64,000 nt of DNA from an uncultured Chloroflexia bacterium. Lineage in GTDB: Bacteria; Chloroflexota; Limnocylindria; Limnocylindrales; CSP1-4. The notes below the pieces were generated by a model that was given only the letters and a program-made list of their open reading frames with translations, ran no database searches and was not told the origin of the DNA. Location: the NCBI GenBank assembly GCA_963766735.1, contig CAVYBU010000004.1, forward strand, positions 96,001 through 160,000, written 5' to 3'. A program made the translations under genes and the position numbers. The first letter of the stretch is position 1, and every line of letters starts with the position of its first letter. Shown here in pieces: positions 50,710 through 63,512 of this stretch.

Positions 50710-51977
50710 TCGGATCTCCCTCCCGCGAGCGTCTGAACCTCGACGGGCAAACCGGCGGCATGGTACACCCGGGGCAACCGTCGGGACATCCCGGTCAGGA
50801 TCTCATAGCTGATCGTCCCACCTGTCGCGGCAAGCTGGATGGCCGTGATGCGCTCCGCCCCCTGCTCTCCCAGCAGCACGAACTCGTCATCCTCGTCCAC
50901 TGGCGCGCCAGGCACGTCGGTGACGTCCACGGTGATGCCGTCCATCGCCACGCGCCCGACCAGCGGTACGCGCACGCCGCGGACCAGCGCCTCCGAGCGG
51001 TCCGAGAGGAAGCGTCGCCAGCCGTCCGCATAGCCGACCGGGAGGGTCGCGATCCGCGATGGACGGGCCGTCACGAAGGTCGGCCCGTACGAGACGCCGT
51101 GGCCGGCCGGCAGCTCCACGACACGGACCGGCCTCGCCTTGAGTGCCATCACCGGCCGCAGGCGCCCCGCCGGCACGGCAGTCGTCCCCGGGAGGACGAG
51201 CGAGTCGGGAACAAGCCCGTAGATGGAGAGGCCAGTGCGGACCGCGTCCCAGCGCGCCACGTCATCCCCGAGGACACCGCCGCTTGCCGCCAGGTGTCGG
51301 CGGACGGCGCGCGGATCGCCGCCGAAGCGAACATCGCCCGCGAGCATTCCGATCGCGGCGCCAAACCGCTCGTCCTGGGCGAGCGCACTGGACGGGACGT
51401 CCGTGGCTGCCAGGTGGGACCAGGCGCCGCCCAGGCACACGCCCGGGGCCGCCGCCACGGAGCGGATCGCAGCCACCGCCTCGCTCCGCAGAACGCCGCC
51501 GCGCCCGAGTCCCGTCTCTATCTCCACGTGGATTTCGAGCGGCGGCATGGTGGTGTCCTCGGCCGCAGCCTGCGCGGCCGCGGCGAGGATGCGCCCCAGA
51601 AGCAGCCCGGCCCCAACGCTGACGGCGATCCGTGCCCTCGCGGCCGCCGCCGCGTGCTCCGGCGGCACCGGGTAGATGACGAGCAGCGGCAATGTGATCC
51701 CAGCCTCACGCAGCTCGTATGCCTCGTCCAGCGTGGCCAGGCACAGACCATCCGCGCCCGCCTCCTCGAGCGCCCGGGCAACCGGGACGGCCCCGTGACC
51801 GTACGCATCGGCCTTGACAACCGGTTCGACGCGCACGCCCGGACCGACGATCTCGCGCAGCGCCGCGATGTTGCCCCGGAGGGCGTCGAGGTCGATCTCG
51901 AGCCAGGCACTCCTCGGGAGCGGAGCGAGACCCGCTTCCCGCAGGCGTGCCTCGATCGACCGGCCGGGCGGGTTCAT
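50649..51977 (-). CDS. alr: Alanine racemase
   Basis: EIDLDAL..N, VVKADAYGHG (PLP Lys), ETGLGR.G, VSYG, PVGYADG, GRVAMD, TISYEI. Confidence 0.95.
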   Translation of the reverse strand: MNPPGRSIEARLREAGLAPLPRSAWLEIDLDALRGNIAALREIVGPGVRVEPVVKADAYGHGAVPVARALEEAGADGLCLATLDEAYELREAGITLPLLVIYPVPPEHAAAAARARIAVSVGAGLLLGRILAAAAQAAAEDTTMPPLEIHVEIETGLGRGGVLRSEAVAAIRSVAAAPGVCLGGAWSHLAATDVPSSALAQDERFGAAIGMLAGDVRFGGDPRAVRRHLAASGGVLGDDVARWDAVRTGLSIYGLVPDSLVLPGTTAVPAGRLRPVMALKARPVRVVELPAGHGVSYGPTFVTARPSRIATLPVGYADGWRRFLSDRSEALVRGVRVPLVGRVAMDGITVDVTDVPGAPVDEDDEFVLLGEQGAERITAIQLAATGGTISYEILTGMSRRLPRVYHAAGLPVEVQTLAGGRSEWHASSSGTAISATSKSMPS

Positions 51978-53104
51978 CGCATCTCGGCCCCTCGCCCGGC
52001 GTCCCCGGCGTCCCCAGCGTCTCCGGCGGCGGCCTCCTCCGTGGTGGCGGCTCCTCCCGTGGCGGCCGTGTCGCGTGCTCCGAACCCCAGCCGGCGCCCC
52101 GCGCGCTGCCGTTCCGCGATCCGGGCCAGGCGGCGGCGACCCAGCGGCAACGCATCGGTGAGATCCGATGCCAGCAGGCCCGCGTCGCCGATGCGCTCCC
52201 GGACCGCGTCGCCGGCGAGGCCGTGGAGGTATACGCCGAGGCGAGCCGCATCGTAGGGGGCGAGGCCCTGGGCAAGGAGAGCACCGATCGCACCCGCCAG
52301 GACGTCACCGGTGCCACCGGATGCCATCGCCGGGTTCTCGAACGGCGCCACCGACACGGAGCCGTCGGGGCCGGCGATCACGGTGTTCGCACCCTTGAGG
52401 ACAACCACCTGGCCCCACTCGGCGGCGGCCGCCGTCGCAGATCGAACACGCGCCCCGTCATCCGCGCTGAGGTTGCCGTCGGCACCCGGATCGTGCTCGC
52501 TGCCCGCTCGCAGGCGGGCGAACTCGCCCGCGTGCGGCGTCAGGACGCAGGGGCGAGTGACCAGCGTCCACCACTCTCCCACCGCGGCGAGGGTCCGCAG
52601 GGCCTCCGCATCGAGCACGGCCGGAGCGCCGGCCGGCTCCTCGCGGACGGTGAGGATGAGGCGCAGCAGGTCCGCGGTCGCCAGCGCCGGCCGCAGGCCC
52701 GGACCGATGACCAGCGCGTCGTGCTCGTGGTCCAGGACCTTGGCGAGGGCAGGCTCCGGGTCGACCTCCTCGACATCATCCTCGGGCAGCGCCATCGTGG
52801 TCGCTTCGATCACCTTCGCGGCGAACAGGGGCTGGAGCGATTCCGGTACGGCCAGGGTCACGAGGCCGGCGCCCGCGCGGCCCGCCGCGCGGCAGACCAG
52901 CAGGGCCGCGCCCGCATAGTCCAAGGACCCGGCGATCACCAGAAGCTTGCCGAATGTGCCCTTGTGGCCGCGCCTCGGGCGTTCGGGCAGCAGGAGCGCC
53001 ATCGACACGTCGTCCAGCCACACCGTGCCCGGGGGCAGGTTCGATCCGCCCGGGACGTCGTCCCCCGCCCGTTGCCCGAACCCGAGCCGTCGCCCGTCAG
53101 CCAT
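51974..53104 (-). CDS. nnrD: NAD(P)H-hydrate dehydratase (stand-alone, no epimerase domain)
   Basis: HKGTFG, GSLDYAGAA, GAGLV, GPGL, DAEAL, TPHAGEFARL, LKG, GGTGDVLAG. Confidence 0.93.
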   Translation of the reverse strand: MADGRRLGFGQRAGDDVPGGSNLPPGTVWLDDVSMALLLPERPRRGHKGTFGKLLVIAGSLDYAGAALLVCRAAGRAGAGLVTLAVPESLQPLFAAKVIEATTMALPEDDVEEVDPEPALAKVLDHEHDALVIGPGLRPALATADLLRLILTVREEPAGAPAVLDAEALRTLAAVGEWWTLVTRPCVLTPHAGEFARLRAGSEHDPGADGNLSADDGARVRSATAAAAEWGQVVVLKGANTVIAGPDGSVSVAPFENPAMASGGTGDVLAGAIGALLAQGLAPYDAARLGVYLHGLAGDAVRERIGDAGLLASDLTDALPLGRRRLARIAERQRAGRRLGFGARDTAATGGAATTEEAAAGDAGDAGDAGRGAEMR

Positions 53105-53675
53105 CCCCGCCCTCCAGCCCGTCCGCCTCTGCGGAGAGGGCCCGGGTGCGCTCGTGGATGGCCCGCATCCGCTCCAGGCGGCCAAGGAGCTGCCGTTCCC
53201 GCTCGTCGAGCCGCTCCTCGATGTCGAGCGGGAACACGTAGCGCCCGCCGGCGGTCCGCACGCCGAACGCCACGGCCACGGCGTAGTCCGACTCGTGGGT
53301 GATCGAGATCGCGATGCGACCCATCCCCAGCTGCTCCGCCCGCTCCGCCGCGCGACCGTGGAGCCGCACGGACGGCTGCCCGGTGGGCATCCGCTCCACC
53401 TCGATGTCCTTCCAGCCGATCCCGCGAACGCCAAGCCCCAGCACCTTGGACACGGCCTCCTTGGCGGCCCATCGCCCGGCGAACGTCTCGGGACGGTTGC
53501 GCACGTAGCGTCGCTCGCGTTCCGTGAGGACGCGCCGCGAGAAGCGCTCGCCGAAGCGCTCGATCGACGCCCGGATCCGCTCGACCTTGATGATGTCGAT
53601 ACCGAGCTCGGTCGTACCCTCGGGCACGACGCCCGTTGGCAGGCGCGGATCTCCGTCTGTGCCGCTGGGCGTCAT
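53097..53675 (-). CDS. acpS: Holo-ACP synthase
   Basis: GIDII...RI, AGRWAAKEAVSK, ISITH. Confidence 0.93.
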   Translation of the reverse strand: MTPSGTDGDPRLPTGVVPEGTTELGIDIIKVERIRASIERFGERFSRRVLTERERRYVRNRPETFAGRWAAKEAVSKVLGLGVRGIGWKDIEVERMPTGQPSVRLHGRAAERAEQLGMGRIAISITHESDYAVAVAFGVRTAGGRYVFPLDIEERLDERERQLLGRLERMRAIHERTRALSAEADGLEGGDG

Positions 53676-53677
53676 CC

Positions 53678-55507
<1,830 letters not shown>

Positions 55508-55558
55508 GCCGCCTGGGTTCTCCCTGGAGGATCCGCCGCGGCGCGCCCAGCGGCCGGG

Positions 55559-56893
55559 CTAGTGTAGACGCTCCCCCGCGAGAGCCGTGATCGCGTCCGC
55601 GATCACGGCAACGGCGTCGGCATCGGGCCCTTCGACCATCACCCGCAGCACGGGTTCGGTGCCCGAGGGACGCACGAGGATCCGGCCGTAGGGTGCAAGC
55701 CTCGCCTCCGCGTCGGCGATTGCCCGCCCGAGGACCTCATCCGCCTCCCACTGGTCGCGATGGCGCACGCGGATCGCGCGCTGCTGCTGGGGCATGAGGG
55801 GGATGGCACGGGCCAGCTGATCGAGGCCGACCCCGGCCGCAGTCATGACCCGCAGCAGCTCGAGCGCGGTGGCGATCCCGTCGCCGGTGGTCCCGTGCTC
55901 GCGCACGATCACGTGGCCGCTCTTCTCGCCGCCCAGGCCCGCGCCCGACACGAGCATCGCGGCAAGGATGTGCTTGTCGCCCACGGGCGTCCTCACCAGT
56001 CGGCCGCCGGCCGCCTCGACCGCCTGCTGCAACCCGCCGTTCGACAGGACCGAGACCACCAGGCTGCCATGATCGAGGGCGCCGCGGGCGAGCCGCTCGA
56101 GCGCCAGGATCCCAAGGACCTGGTCACCGTCCACCAGTCGGCCGGCACGGTCCACGGCCACGCACCGGTCCGCGTCTCCGTCGAGGGCGAAACCGACGTC
56201 GGCGCCGTGCGCCAGCACTGCCGCCATGAGCGACTCGGGGTGGGTGGCACCGCAGTCGCGGTTGATGTTGTCCCCGTCGGGCGCATCGTGGATCACGGTC
56301 ACTCGGGCACCGCTCGCGCGCAGGATCGCCGGGCCCACGCCCCAGGCGGCCCCGTTCGCCGTATCGAGGACAACGTGGAGTCCGGTTCCAGGCACGGCCT
56401 GTGCCTGGGCGGTCCGATGTGCAACGTACCGCTCGATCAGGTCGCGGGCATCCACCGCCCGACCGATTGCGGAGGGGACCACGCCGGGCAGCTCGTCGGC
56501 ACGGAGGACCAGACCCTCCAGCTCCTCCTCGAGATCGTCGCCCAGCTTGAGCCCGGCCGGGTCCAGCACCTTGAGCCCGTTGTCCTCGGCCGGGTTGTGC
56601 GACGCGGAGACCATGATTCCCGCAGCGAACTGGCTCATCTCCGCGAAGTGGGCGAGGGCGGGCGTCGGCACCACCCCGACGCCGTGGACGTCCACGCCCA
56701 TGCTGGTCGCGCCTGCCGTGATCGCCGCCACGAACATGTCGCCCGAGCGGCGCGTGTCCTGGCCTACGACCAACGAACCGCCGGCGCCGACGACGCGGTG
56801 GGCGGTGGCACGGCCGAGCGCGAAGGCGAGCGAGGGCAGGAGGTCAACGTTGGCGGCGCCGCGGATGCCGTCCGTGCCGAAGAGGCGGGTCAT
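55559..56893 (-). CDS. glmM: Phosphoglucosamine mutase
   Basis: LFGTDGIRG, SASHNP..DNG.K, DGDADR, GGEKSGH, RPSGTEP. Confidence 0.96.
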   Translation of the reverse strand: MTRLFGTDGIRGAANVDLLPSLAFALGRATAHRVVGAGGSLVVGQDTRRSGDMFVAAITAGATSMGVDVHGVGVVPTPALAHFAEMSQFAAGIMVSASHNPAEDNGLKVLDPAGLKLGDDLEEELEGLVLRADELPGVVPSAIGRAVDARDLIERYVAHRTAQAQAVPGTGLHVVLDTANGAAWGVGPAILRASGARVTVIHDAPDGDNINRDCGATHPESLMAAVLAHGADVGFALDGDADRCVAVDRAGRLVDGDQVLGILALERLARGALDHGSLVVSVLSNGGLQQAVEAAGGRLVRTPVGDKHILAAMLVSGAGLGGEKSGHVIVREHGTTGDGIATALELLRVMTAAGVGLDQLARAIPLMPQQQRAIRVRHRDQWEADEVLGRAIADAEARLAPYGRILVRPSGTEPVLRVMVEGPDADAVAVIADAITALAGERLH

Positions 56894-56930
56894 GGGGCTC
56901 CTCGAGGATGTTCCTGGGGACGCGAAGGCG

Positions 56931-58211
56931 TCAGGGGGCGACAGATGGTGACGATGGACCGGGGGTCGGCACAGCGAATGGTGCGGACGTCTGTGGATAG
57001 CCGATCGTGACGGTGACGGTCGCCGGGTCGATCGCCGCAACGGTGACCCCGGTTGGGAGTGACGGGACCACGGGCACCGGGTGGACCCCGGGCTTGAGAC
57101 CGGCGACGTTGAGGCCCACCACGAGGGGTGCCGCAGCAAGGAGGTCGAGATCGGCGGTGGACCCGAAGAGTGTCAGGAGGACGGTCCGTGTGGACAGGTC
57201 GTAGAGAAGCCCCGGATCACGGCCGTCGAGCCGGATGCCGGCCGCGAAGGTCCGGGTTCCGGTCACCGGCTCTATGTGGACCACCACCCTGACGGTGGTG
57301 ACACCGAGCGGCACCACCCCCGCCGGCAGCGCGAGGGCCGCGGGCTCGGTCACGTCCCGGGTCGCCCCGAAGACGGCGACAGGTGCCGTGTCCACCTGCG
57401 TCAGCTGCGTCAGCTGGTCCGCGTCGCCCTCGACCGAGACCACCAGCGGGGTCACCTCGACGCTTGCGATGCGGAAGCCTGGCGCCGGCACTCCGGTGAC
57501 GATCGGGTTGACGGGCAGCGTGCGGGACGACCTGTCGGTGAACAGCGGCACGGTGACATGGACCGTGCGCGGCTCGACATCCACCCCCCTGACCACCTCG
57601 CCGGCGGAATCGACCGGCTCCACCTCGACGTCCCGGTCGAAGTCGAGCCCACTGGGGTCGAGGGCGACGTTGACGCGGGCGGCCACCACCTGGGTCGCGG
57701 CCATCGACGGCCCGGTCACGGTGACGGTCTTGGGCAGGAACACGGTGTCGCCCAGTTCGATGCCGACCGGGACCGTGCCGCGGGCCACGCGCACGGGCAC
57801 GGCCAGACTGATCGTCTCGTCGAGCACCACCTGTATTGTCCGCGGTTCCACCTCGAGGATCGTGATCCGGGGGTCGTTCGGCACGACGTCGACCCGGACG
57901 TTCACCGGGTGACCGGTCGGATCGACTCCGGCCAGGTCCACCGTCGCCTCGAAGTCCTGGGCTGATGCCCTGCCGACCTCGATCGGAGCCAGGTACCGGA
58001 TCTGCTCCACCGACCCAAGCTGGTTGGTGACCACCGTGCCGGTCGGCTGGTTGACCGCCGTGACCTGGATCGCGCCCGAGTACACGCTGCTGTCCTGGCT
58101 CGCGATCAGGCCGGCATAGAGCAGGGTTGCCAGGGCTATCGCCGCCAGCTTGAGGGGCCAGTTGTGGATCACGAACCGCGCGAGGCGCCGGGCGGAGCTG
58201 CGGGCGCTCAC
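56931..58211 (-). CDS. cdaR: CdaR/YbbR-repeat regulator of diadenylate cyclase
   Basis: N-terminal NWPLKLAAIALA TM anchor; repeated beta-rich P..VTV.G units; lies between cdaA and glmM. Confidence 0.88.
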   Translation of the reverse strand: MSARSSARRLARFVIHNWPLKLAAIALATLLYAGLIASQDSSVYSGAIQVTAVNQPTGTVVTNQLGSVEQIRYLAPIEVGRASAQDFEATVDLAGVDPTGHPVNVRVDVVPNDPRITILEVEPRTIQVVLDETISLAVPVRVARGTVPVGIELGDTVFLPKTVTVTGPSMAATQVVAARVNVALDPSGLDFDRDVEVEPVDSAGEVVRGVDVEPRTVHVTVPLFTDRSSRTLPVNPIVTGVPAPGFRIASVEVTPLVVSVEGDADQLTQLTQVDTAPVAVFGATRDVTEPAALALPAGVVPLGVTTVRVVVHIEPVTGTRTFAAGIRLDGRDPGLLYDLSTRTVLLTLFGSTADLDLLAAAPLVVGLNVAGLKPGVHPVPVVPSLPTGVTVAAIDPATVTVTIGYPQTSAPFAVPTPGPSSPSVAP

Positions 58212-59209
58212 TGCGATGCCGCCGCTGCGGCCTCGGAGCCGTCATCGTCAGGGTCCACCCCGCCCACGGGAGCGCCGGACGCCCCGGGAGCTGGAGGGTC
58301 GGCCACCAGCCGCGCGGGTTCGGCACCCGGAGCAGCATCGGGGCGAACGGTGCGATGTCCGCTCGAATGCGCTGGTCTGGGCGCCTTGTCGCTCTCGGCG
58401 TTCGGACCGGACCGACGAAGGCCGCCAGGCGGGGCCGAGGACTCGAGAAGCGCCGCGAGGGCGCTGGCGAGTTGGGCCTCCGTCGGAACCCGCACGATCC
58501 GTGCCCGCTCGACGACGCTCATCTGGCCGTTCTCTTCGGACACGACGACGGCCACGGCGTCGGTGTCCTCCGTGATCCCCAGGGCGGCACGGTGACGGGT
58601 CCCGAACCGTTGCGAGAGCTCCATGTCCGTCAGCGGGAGCAGCGCCCCGGCGGCCAGGATCGAGTCGTTGCGGACGATGACCGCACCGTCGTGCAGCACG
58701 GTCCGGGGAGCGAAGATCGTGAGCAGCAGCTCACTCGAGAGGTCGGCGTGGAGCATGATGCCCGTCTCGGCGATCTCCTCCAGGCCGGTCTCGCGCTCCA
58801 GCACGATGAGGGCGCCGTGCCTCTCCCGTGACAGCGCGGCAGCAGCCGTGGCCACCTCGCCCGCGACGTGCTCGATCCGGCGCTCGGCGGAAGGTGCGAA
58901 CCGCCAGCCGAAGTTGCCCACGCGCCCGATGCGCTCCAGGCCCCGCCGCAGCTCTGGCTGGAAGACGACGACCAGAGCGAACAGGCCGACGACCGCGCCC
59001 GCCTGGAGGAGCTGCGTGAACAGGCGAAGCTCGAGGAACTGGGCGAGGGCATAGGCGCCGAGCAGGATGGTGACGCCGATGACAAGGGTGACGGCACGCG
59101 TGCCCCGGATCAGGCTGAACACCCAGTAGATGAACAGCGCCGTGATCGTGATGTCGAGGACAGTCGTCAGCGTGACCTGCCGGCTGAGCGACTCGACGAA
59201 CGGGACCAT
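58208..59209 (-). CDS. cdaA: Diadenylate cyclase CdaA
   Basis: Three N-terminal TMs, FQPELRR.LE, GALIV, LHDGA, GTRHRAALG, VSEE.G. Confidence 0.95.
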   Translation of the reverse strand: MVPFVESLSRQVTLTTVLDITITALFIYWVFSLIRGTRAVTLVIGVTILLGAYALAQFLELRLFTQLLQAGAVVGLFALVVVFQPELRRGLERIGRVGNFGWRFAPSAERRIEHVAGEVATAAAALSRERHGALIVLERETGLEEIAETGIMLHADLSSELLLTIFAPRTVLHDGAVIVRNDSILAAGALLPLTDMELSQRFGTRHRAALGITEDTDAVAVVVSEENGQMSVVERARIVRVPTEAQLASALAALLESSAPPGGLRRSGPNAESDKAPRPAHSSGHRTVRPDAAPGAEPARLVADPPAPGASGAPVGGVDPDDDGSEAAAAASQ

Positions 59210-59279
59210 CTTCGGGCGAGTGTAGCACCGGGTTCCCGAGCCCTTCCGACCGTCGAAGCGCAGGCCCGAGCGGGGATGG

Positions 59280-60254
59280 TCAGTCCCGGTCGGCCATCGC
59301 TGCCGCAACCCGCTCCATGGCGTCCGCGCCGCCATCGAGGCCCACCAGCACCGCGACGAGGTCCAGCTTCTGCGTCGCCAGGGCGCTCCAGCCCCGTTCG
59401 TCGTACAGCTCGGCGAGCGCGAGGTGGAGGCCCGTGTCACCCGGGTCCAGGGACAGGCCGAGGTAGCAGGCGTCCAGCGCCCCGTCGACCTGGCCATCGC
59501 GCCGGTAGGCGGCAGCGAGGTCGAGCAGCCGCTCGAGGGCTGGCCCGCCGTCCTCCGCGTCGAGCGCGTCCTCGGCCAGGAGAGCGAGCGCTGCCGCGTC
59601 GACGCCGGGGTCAAGCTCTCGGTCCAGGGCACGCCGGTAGGTGACGGGCGTCGGGGGCTCCGGCGCCGATGGCCCGGCCCCGTCGTCCACAGGCAACCCA
59701 GGCTCCGCGGTGGGGGCGCCGGCATCTGGATCGGGCGCCACCGGCATCACCGCCTGGCCCTCGAGGACCAGGAGCGCCTGCTCCAGCGCGATCCGGCCAG
59801 GCTCGCCGGGCTCGGACGCACGCAGGCGATCGATCAGCCGCTCCAGCGTCCGCCGTCGGTCACGGCCCTCGGCCAGCTCCAGGCCCCGGCGCGCCGCGTC
59901 CACCGCATCGGCCAGCCTGTCCGCGGCCACTCGGGCCTCGGCCAGGGTGTCGTAGGCGTCGGCGGCCTCGGGTCGCCGGCCAAGGTCGGCCAGCGCCTGG
60001 GCGCGCCCGAGCAGGGCGACATCGTCACCCGCGGACAGGCGCAGGGCCGCGGCGAACTGGTTGAGGGCATCGGCCGGGCGATTGCGTCGCAGCAGCGCCG
60101 TCCCAGCGCTCGTGTGCGGGGTCGACCGCTCTGGGGCGATCGAGGCCGCATCGGCGTAGGCCGCCATGGCTTCCTCCAGGCGGCCCTGCAGCGAGGCCAC
60201 GTGACCGCGCCTCAGCGCATCCTTGTAGCGCTCGTAGAGAGCGTCCTCGCTCAC
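59280..60254 (-). CDS. Tetratricopeptide repeat protein
   Basis: Repeated helical pairs such as GRLEEAMAAYADA...P and A...F..AL.L. Confidence 0.8.
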   Translation of the reverse strand: MSEDALYERYKDALRRGHVASLQGRLEEAMAAYADAASIAPERSTPHTSAGTALLRRNRPADALNQFAAALRLSAGDDVALLGRAQALADLGRRPEAADAYDTLAEARVAADRLADAVDAARRGLELAEGRDRRRTLERLIDRLRASEPGEPGRIALEQALLVLEGQAVMPVAPDPDAGAPTAEPGLPVDDGAGPSAPEPPTPVTYRRALDRELDPGVDAAALALLAEDALDAEDGGPALERLLDLAAAYRRDGQVDGALDACYLGLSLDPGDTGLHLALAELYDERGWSALATQKLDLVAVLVGLDGGADAMERVAAAMADRD

Positions 60255-60492
60255 CTCGGTCTCGCCTCCGCCGCCCTCTGCCCGACTGCCGACAGACCGG
60301 CGGCGCCGGCCAGGTCGCGTCCGTGAGGCGAGGGGGTGCTCATCGCATCACTCTACCGGGCCGGCGGATCCCCGAACGGCACAGATGGTGGGCCGAGGTC
60401 AGGACGCCTGCCAGGATGCGAGCCAGCACCCTTGGATGCGCGTGACCGAACGCCACAGCAGCCAACGCGGCGGCAGGCCGCCGGGTGCTCCG

Positions 60493-60891
60493 CTAGCGCT
60501 TCGTGTACTGGGGGGCCTTGCGGGCGCGCTTCAGGCCGTACTTCTTGCGCTCCTTCATCCGCGGGTCGCGGGTGAGGAGGCCCGCCTGGCGCAGCGCGAG
60601 CCGGAACGAGTCGGGGTCGGACTGCAGCAGCGCGCGGGCGATGCCGTGGCGGATCGCGCCGGACTGGCCGGTGACACCGCCGCCCTCGACCTTGATCAGC
60701 GTGTTGTAGCGGCCTTCGGTCCCGGTCACCTGGAACGGGCGGAAGAGCTCTGCCTCACCCAGGATCCCTCCGAAGTGCTCCTCGGGGGTCCGCCCGTTGA
60801 TGACCATCTGGCCCTCACCGGGGATGAGACGGACACGGGCAACCGCCGTCTTGCGGCGGCCGGTGCCCCAGTAGAACGCAGGCGTCGACAT
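60493..60891 (-). CDS. rpsI: 30S ribosomal protein S9
   Basis: [45 protein letters not shown]. Confidence 0.98.
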   Translation of the reverse strand: MSTPAFYWGTGRRKTAVARVRLIPGEGQMVINGRTPEEHFGGILGEAELFRPFQVTGTEGRYNTLIKVEGGGVTGQSGAIRHGIARALLQSDPDSFRLALRQAGLLTRDPRMKERKKYGLKRARKAPQYTKR

Positions 60892-60904
60892 CAGGGCTCC
60901 TCGA

Positions 60905-61336
60905 TCAGGCGAGCGGCTCGGGCTTCTGGGCCTGGTGCGGATGATCGTTCCCCGCATAGACCTTGAGCTTCCGAAGCATCTGGGTTCCCAGGCGGTTGTG
61001 CGGCAGCATCCCCTTCACTGTCCGGCGGATGACCTCCTCCGGACGGCGGTTGAGAAGGTGACCCAGGGTCTCCTCCTTGAACCCGCCGGGGTAGCCGCTA
61101 TGGCGGGCGTAGACCTTGGTTTCCAGCTTGTTGCTGGTCACGGTGATCCGCGACGCGTTGAGCACGATGACGTGGTCACCCGTGTCCAGGTGGGCGGCGT
61201 AGGTGGGCTTGTTCTTGCCCTCGAGGACGCGCGCGATCCGCGTCGCGAGGCGGCCGAGCGTCTCGTCCGTCGCGTCGACGACGTACCAGCGTCGCTCGAT
61301 CTCGCTCTCTCGAGGCGTATAGGTCTTCGCGCTCAT
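60905..61336 (-). CDS. rplM: 50S ribosomal protein L13
   Basis: WYVVDA...[39 protein letters not shown]. Confidence 0.98.
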   Translation of the reverse strand: MSAKTYTPRESEIERRWYVVDATDETLGRLATRIARVLEGKNKPTYAAHLDTGDHVIVLNASRITVTSNKLETKVYARHSGYPGGFKEETLGHLLNRRPEEVIRRTVKGMLPHNRLGTQMLRKLKVYAGNDHPHQAQKPEPLA

Positions 61337-62091
61337 TCCTCGTCTTCCTTGTCTTCCACCGGCCGTCGTCCGAGGACGACGCGCCGGAGGCAGAGTCCCT
61401 TGGCCGGGGCGGCTGCTCCCTTGAGTGCCGGCTCCCGTGCGACAAGCGCCGCCCGGAGGCCCTGTTCATCCATCTTGCCCTGGCCCACCTCCAGGAGGCA
61501 GGCCACCATCCTTCGAACCTGCCCCCGCAGGAAGGCGTTCGCCCTGACGTCGATCGTCACGAGGCATCCCACCTTCCGGATCCGAACCGCGTAGACGGTC
61601 CGGACCGGAGACCGGTCCGCTCTGCCAAGGGCCGAGAAGTCGTGCCGGCCGATGAAGGCAGACCCGGCGCTCGCCATGGCGTCGATGTTCAGCGGGACCC
61701 GCAGCCAGAGCGCCGTGCGCTCGTGCAGCGGGCTGCGTGGCCCGTTCCAGACGGTGTAGCGATATTCCCGATATCGCGCCGCGTAGCGAGGGCGGAAGCC
61801 CTCCGGGACCCGTCGGATGTCACGGATCGCGACATCTCTCGGCAACCGGGCGTTGACCGCCCGCTGGAGCTCCGGGCCGGAGAGCCTGCCCCGGTAGGTG
61901 AAGGCAATCACCTGGTCCGTGGCATGGACTCCGGTATCGGTGCGTCCTGCCCCGTCGACCACCACCCGCTCGCCTTCGGAAAGGCCGGCAAGGGCGGTCT
62001 CGAGTTCTCCCTGGACCGAGCGGGCATTCTGCTGAAGCTGGAAACCCGCGAAGTCCGTCCCATCGTATTCACACCGGGCGCTGTAACGCAC
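61333..62091 (-). CDS. truA: tRNA pseudouridine(38-40) synthase
   Basis: [37 protein letters not shown]. Confidence 0.96.
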   Translation of the reverse strand: MRYSARCEYDGTDFAGFQLQQNARSVQGELETALAGLSEGERVVVDGAGRTDTGVHATDQVIAFTYRGRLSGPELQRAVNARLPRDVAIRDIRRVPEGFRPRYAARYREYRYTVWNGPRSPLHERTALWLRVPLNIDAMASAGSAFIGRHDFSALGRADRSPVRTVYAVRIRKVGCLVTIDVRANAFLRGQVRRMVACLLEVGQGKMDEQGLRAALVAREPALKGAAAPAKGLCLRRVVLGRRPVEDKEDEE

Positions 62092-62126
62092 GGCGCGCCC
62101 TCTCGGGCGCTCGACCGACGAGCCCG

Positions 62127-62480
62127 TCAGATCAGCTCGATCTGCACGATCTCGGCGGCATCGCCCTTCCGCTGGCCGATATGCACCAGGCGGGTGAACC
62201 CGGACTGGCGATCGGCGTACTTGGGGGCGATCACGTCGAACAGCTTGGTCACGACGAGCGGCTCGTTCGGAAGCTCCGAGACGACCGTCCGCCTGGCCGC
62301 GAGGTCACCGCGCTTGGCGAGCGTGATCATCCGCTCGACGTAGCCACGGATCTCCTTGGCCTTGGCCTCGGTGGTCTGCACCCGCTCGTAGCGGAGAACC
62401 GAGACCGTCAGGTTCTTGTAGAGGGCGAGGCGCGGTCCGCGCTTGCGCGAGAGCTTGCGCCCGTCGATTCGATGGGCCAT
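62127..62480 (-). CDS. rplQ: 50S ribosomal protein L17
   Basis: RKLSR, TTEAKAKE, ITLAKRGDL.ARR, GFTR, R.GDAA. Confidence 0.97.
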   Translation of the reverse strand: MAHRIDGRKLSRKRGPRLALYKNLTVSVLRYERVQTTEAKAKEIRGYVERMITLAKRGDLAARRTVVSELPNEPLVVTKLFDVIAPKYADRQSGFTRLVHIGQRKGDAAEIVQIELI

Positions 62481-62483
62481 GGC

Positions 62484-63503
62484 TCAGGCCTCCTCGTCGC
62501 CGTCGAACGGCGCGTCAGCGTCGTCGTCGCCGTCGGGCGCGCCGTCGGGTTCCGTCTCCGAGAGGTCGGACTCGGCCTCGGGGAGGATGAAGCCGCGCAT
62601 GCGAAGGCGCTCCTTCATCTCGTCCAGCGACTTCTTGCCGAAGTTGCGCATCCGGAGGAGGTCGTCGTCCTTGAGCTGGAGCAGCTGGCCGACCTTGACG
62701 ATGTTGTTGCGCTTCAGCGAGTTGTAGGCCCGCATCGGCAGGTCCAGCTCCTCGATCGGCATGTCAAGCATGTTCGGGGGAAGCTGCGGGGCGCCCGTTG
62801 CGACCCGGTCCGGTACGACCACCTGGACACCGACAGTCACGAACGGCTGGAACTGGTGCACGAGGATGTCCGCCGAGCGCGAGAGCGCCTCCTCGGGGGT
62901 GATCGTGCCGTCGGTCTCGATCTCCAGGGTGAGCTTGTCGTAGTTGGTCATCTGGCCAACCCGCGTGCTCTCGACCCAGTAGTTGACCTTCCGGACCGGC
63001 GTGAAGATCGCGTCGACCGCGATGACGCCGATCGGCAAGGCCTCGGACCGCTCGGCTGCGAGATAGCCGACGCCGCGCTCGACGGTCAGGTCCATCTCGA
63101 TCGTCACGTCGTCCGAGTCGATCGTCATGAGGACGAGCTCGGGGTTGACGATCTCGACGTCGGCTGATTCTGCGACGTCGGCCGCGATGACGGGTCCCGC
63201 GCCGCTCTTGATGAGGCGGAGCTGGACCGGGTGGGCGGCGAAGCTCTTGATGCGGAGCTTCTTGACGTTCAGGACGATCTGGGTGACGTCTTCCTTGACG
63301 CCGGGGATCGTCGAGAACTCCTGGTAGACGTCGCGGACCTGGATGGACGTCACGGCCGCGCCCTCGAGGGACGACAGCAGCACGCGCCGGAGCGCGTTGC
63401 CGAGGGTGACGCCGTAGCCGGCCTGGAGCGGGCCTGCCTCGTACTTCGCGTACGTGCCGGCTTCCGCTACGGGCTCGATCTGCGGGGACTCGAGTTCGAT
63501 CAT
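62484..63503 (-). CDS. rpoA: RNA polymerase subunit alpha
   Basis: GYGVTLGNALRRVLLSS, GVKED, VDAIFTPV, RAYNSLKR, RNFGKKSL.E. Confidence 0.98.
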   Translation of the reverse strand: MIELESPQIEPVAEAGTYAKYEAGPLQAGYGVTLGNALRRVLLSSLEGAAVTSIQVRDVYQEFSTIPGVKEDVTQIVLNVKKLRIKSFAAHPVQLRLIKSGAGPVIAADVAESADVEIVNPELVLMTIDSDDVTIEMDLTVERGVGYLAAERSEALPIGVIAVDAIFTPVRKVNYWVESTRVGQMTNYDKLTLEIETDGTITPEEALSRSADILVHQFQPFVTVGVQVVVPDRVATGAPQLPPNMLDMPIEELDLPMRAYNSLKRNNIVKVGQLLQLKDDDLLRMRNFGKKSLDEMKERLRMRGFILPEAESDLSETEPDGAPDGDDDADAPFDGDEEA

Positions 63504-63512
63504 GGAGGGCGG

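Noticed and set aside
55508-55558. glmS ribozyme
   Set aside because: The intergenic gap is only 51 bp.
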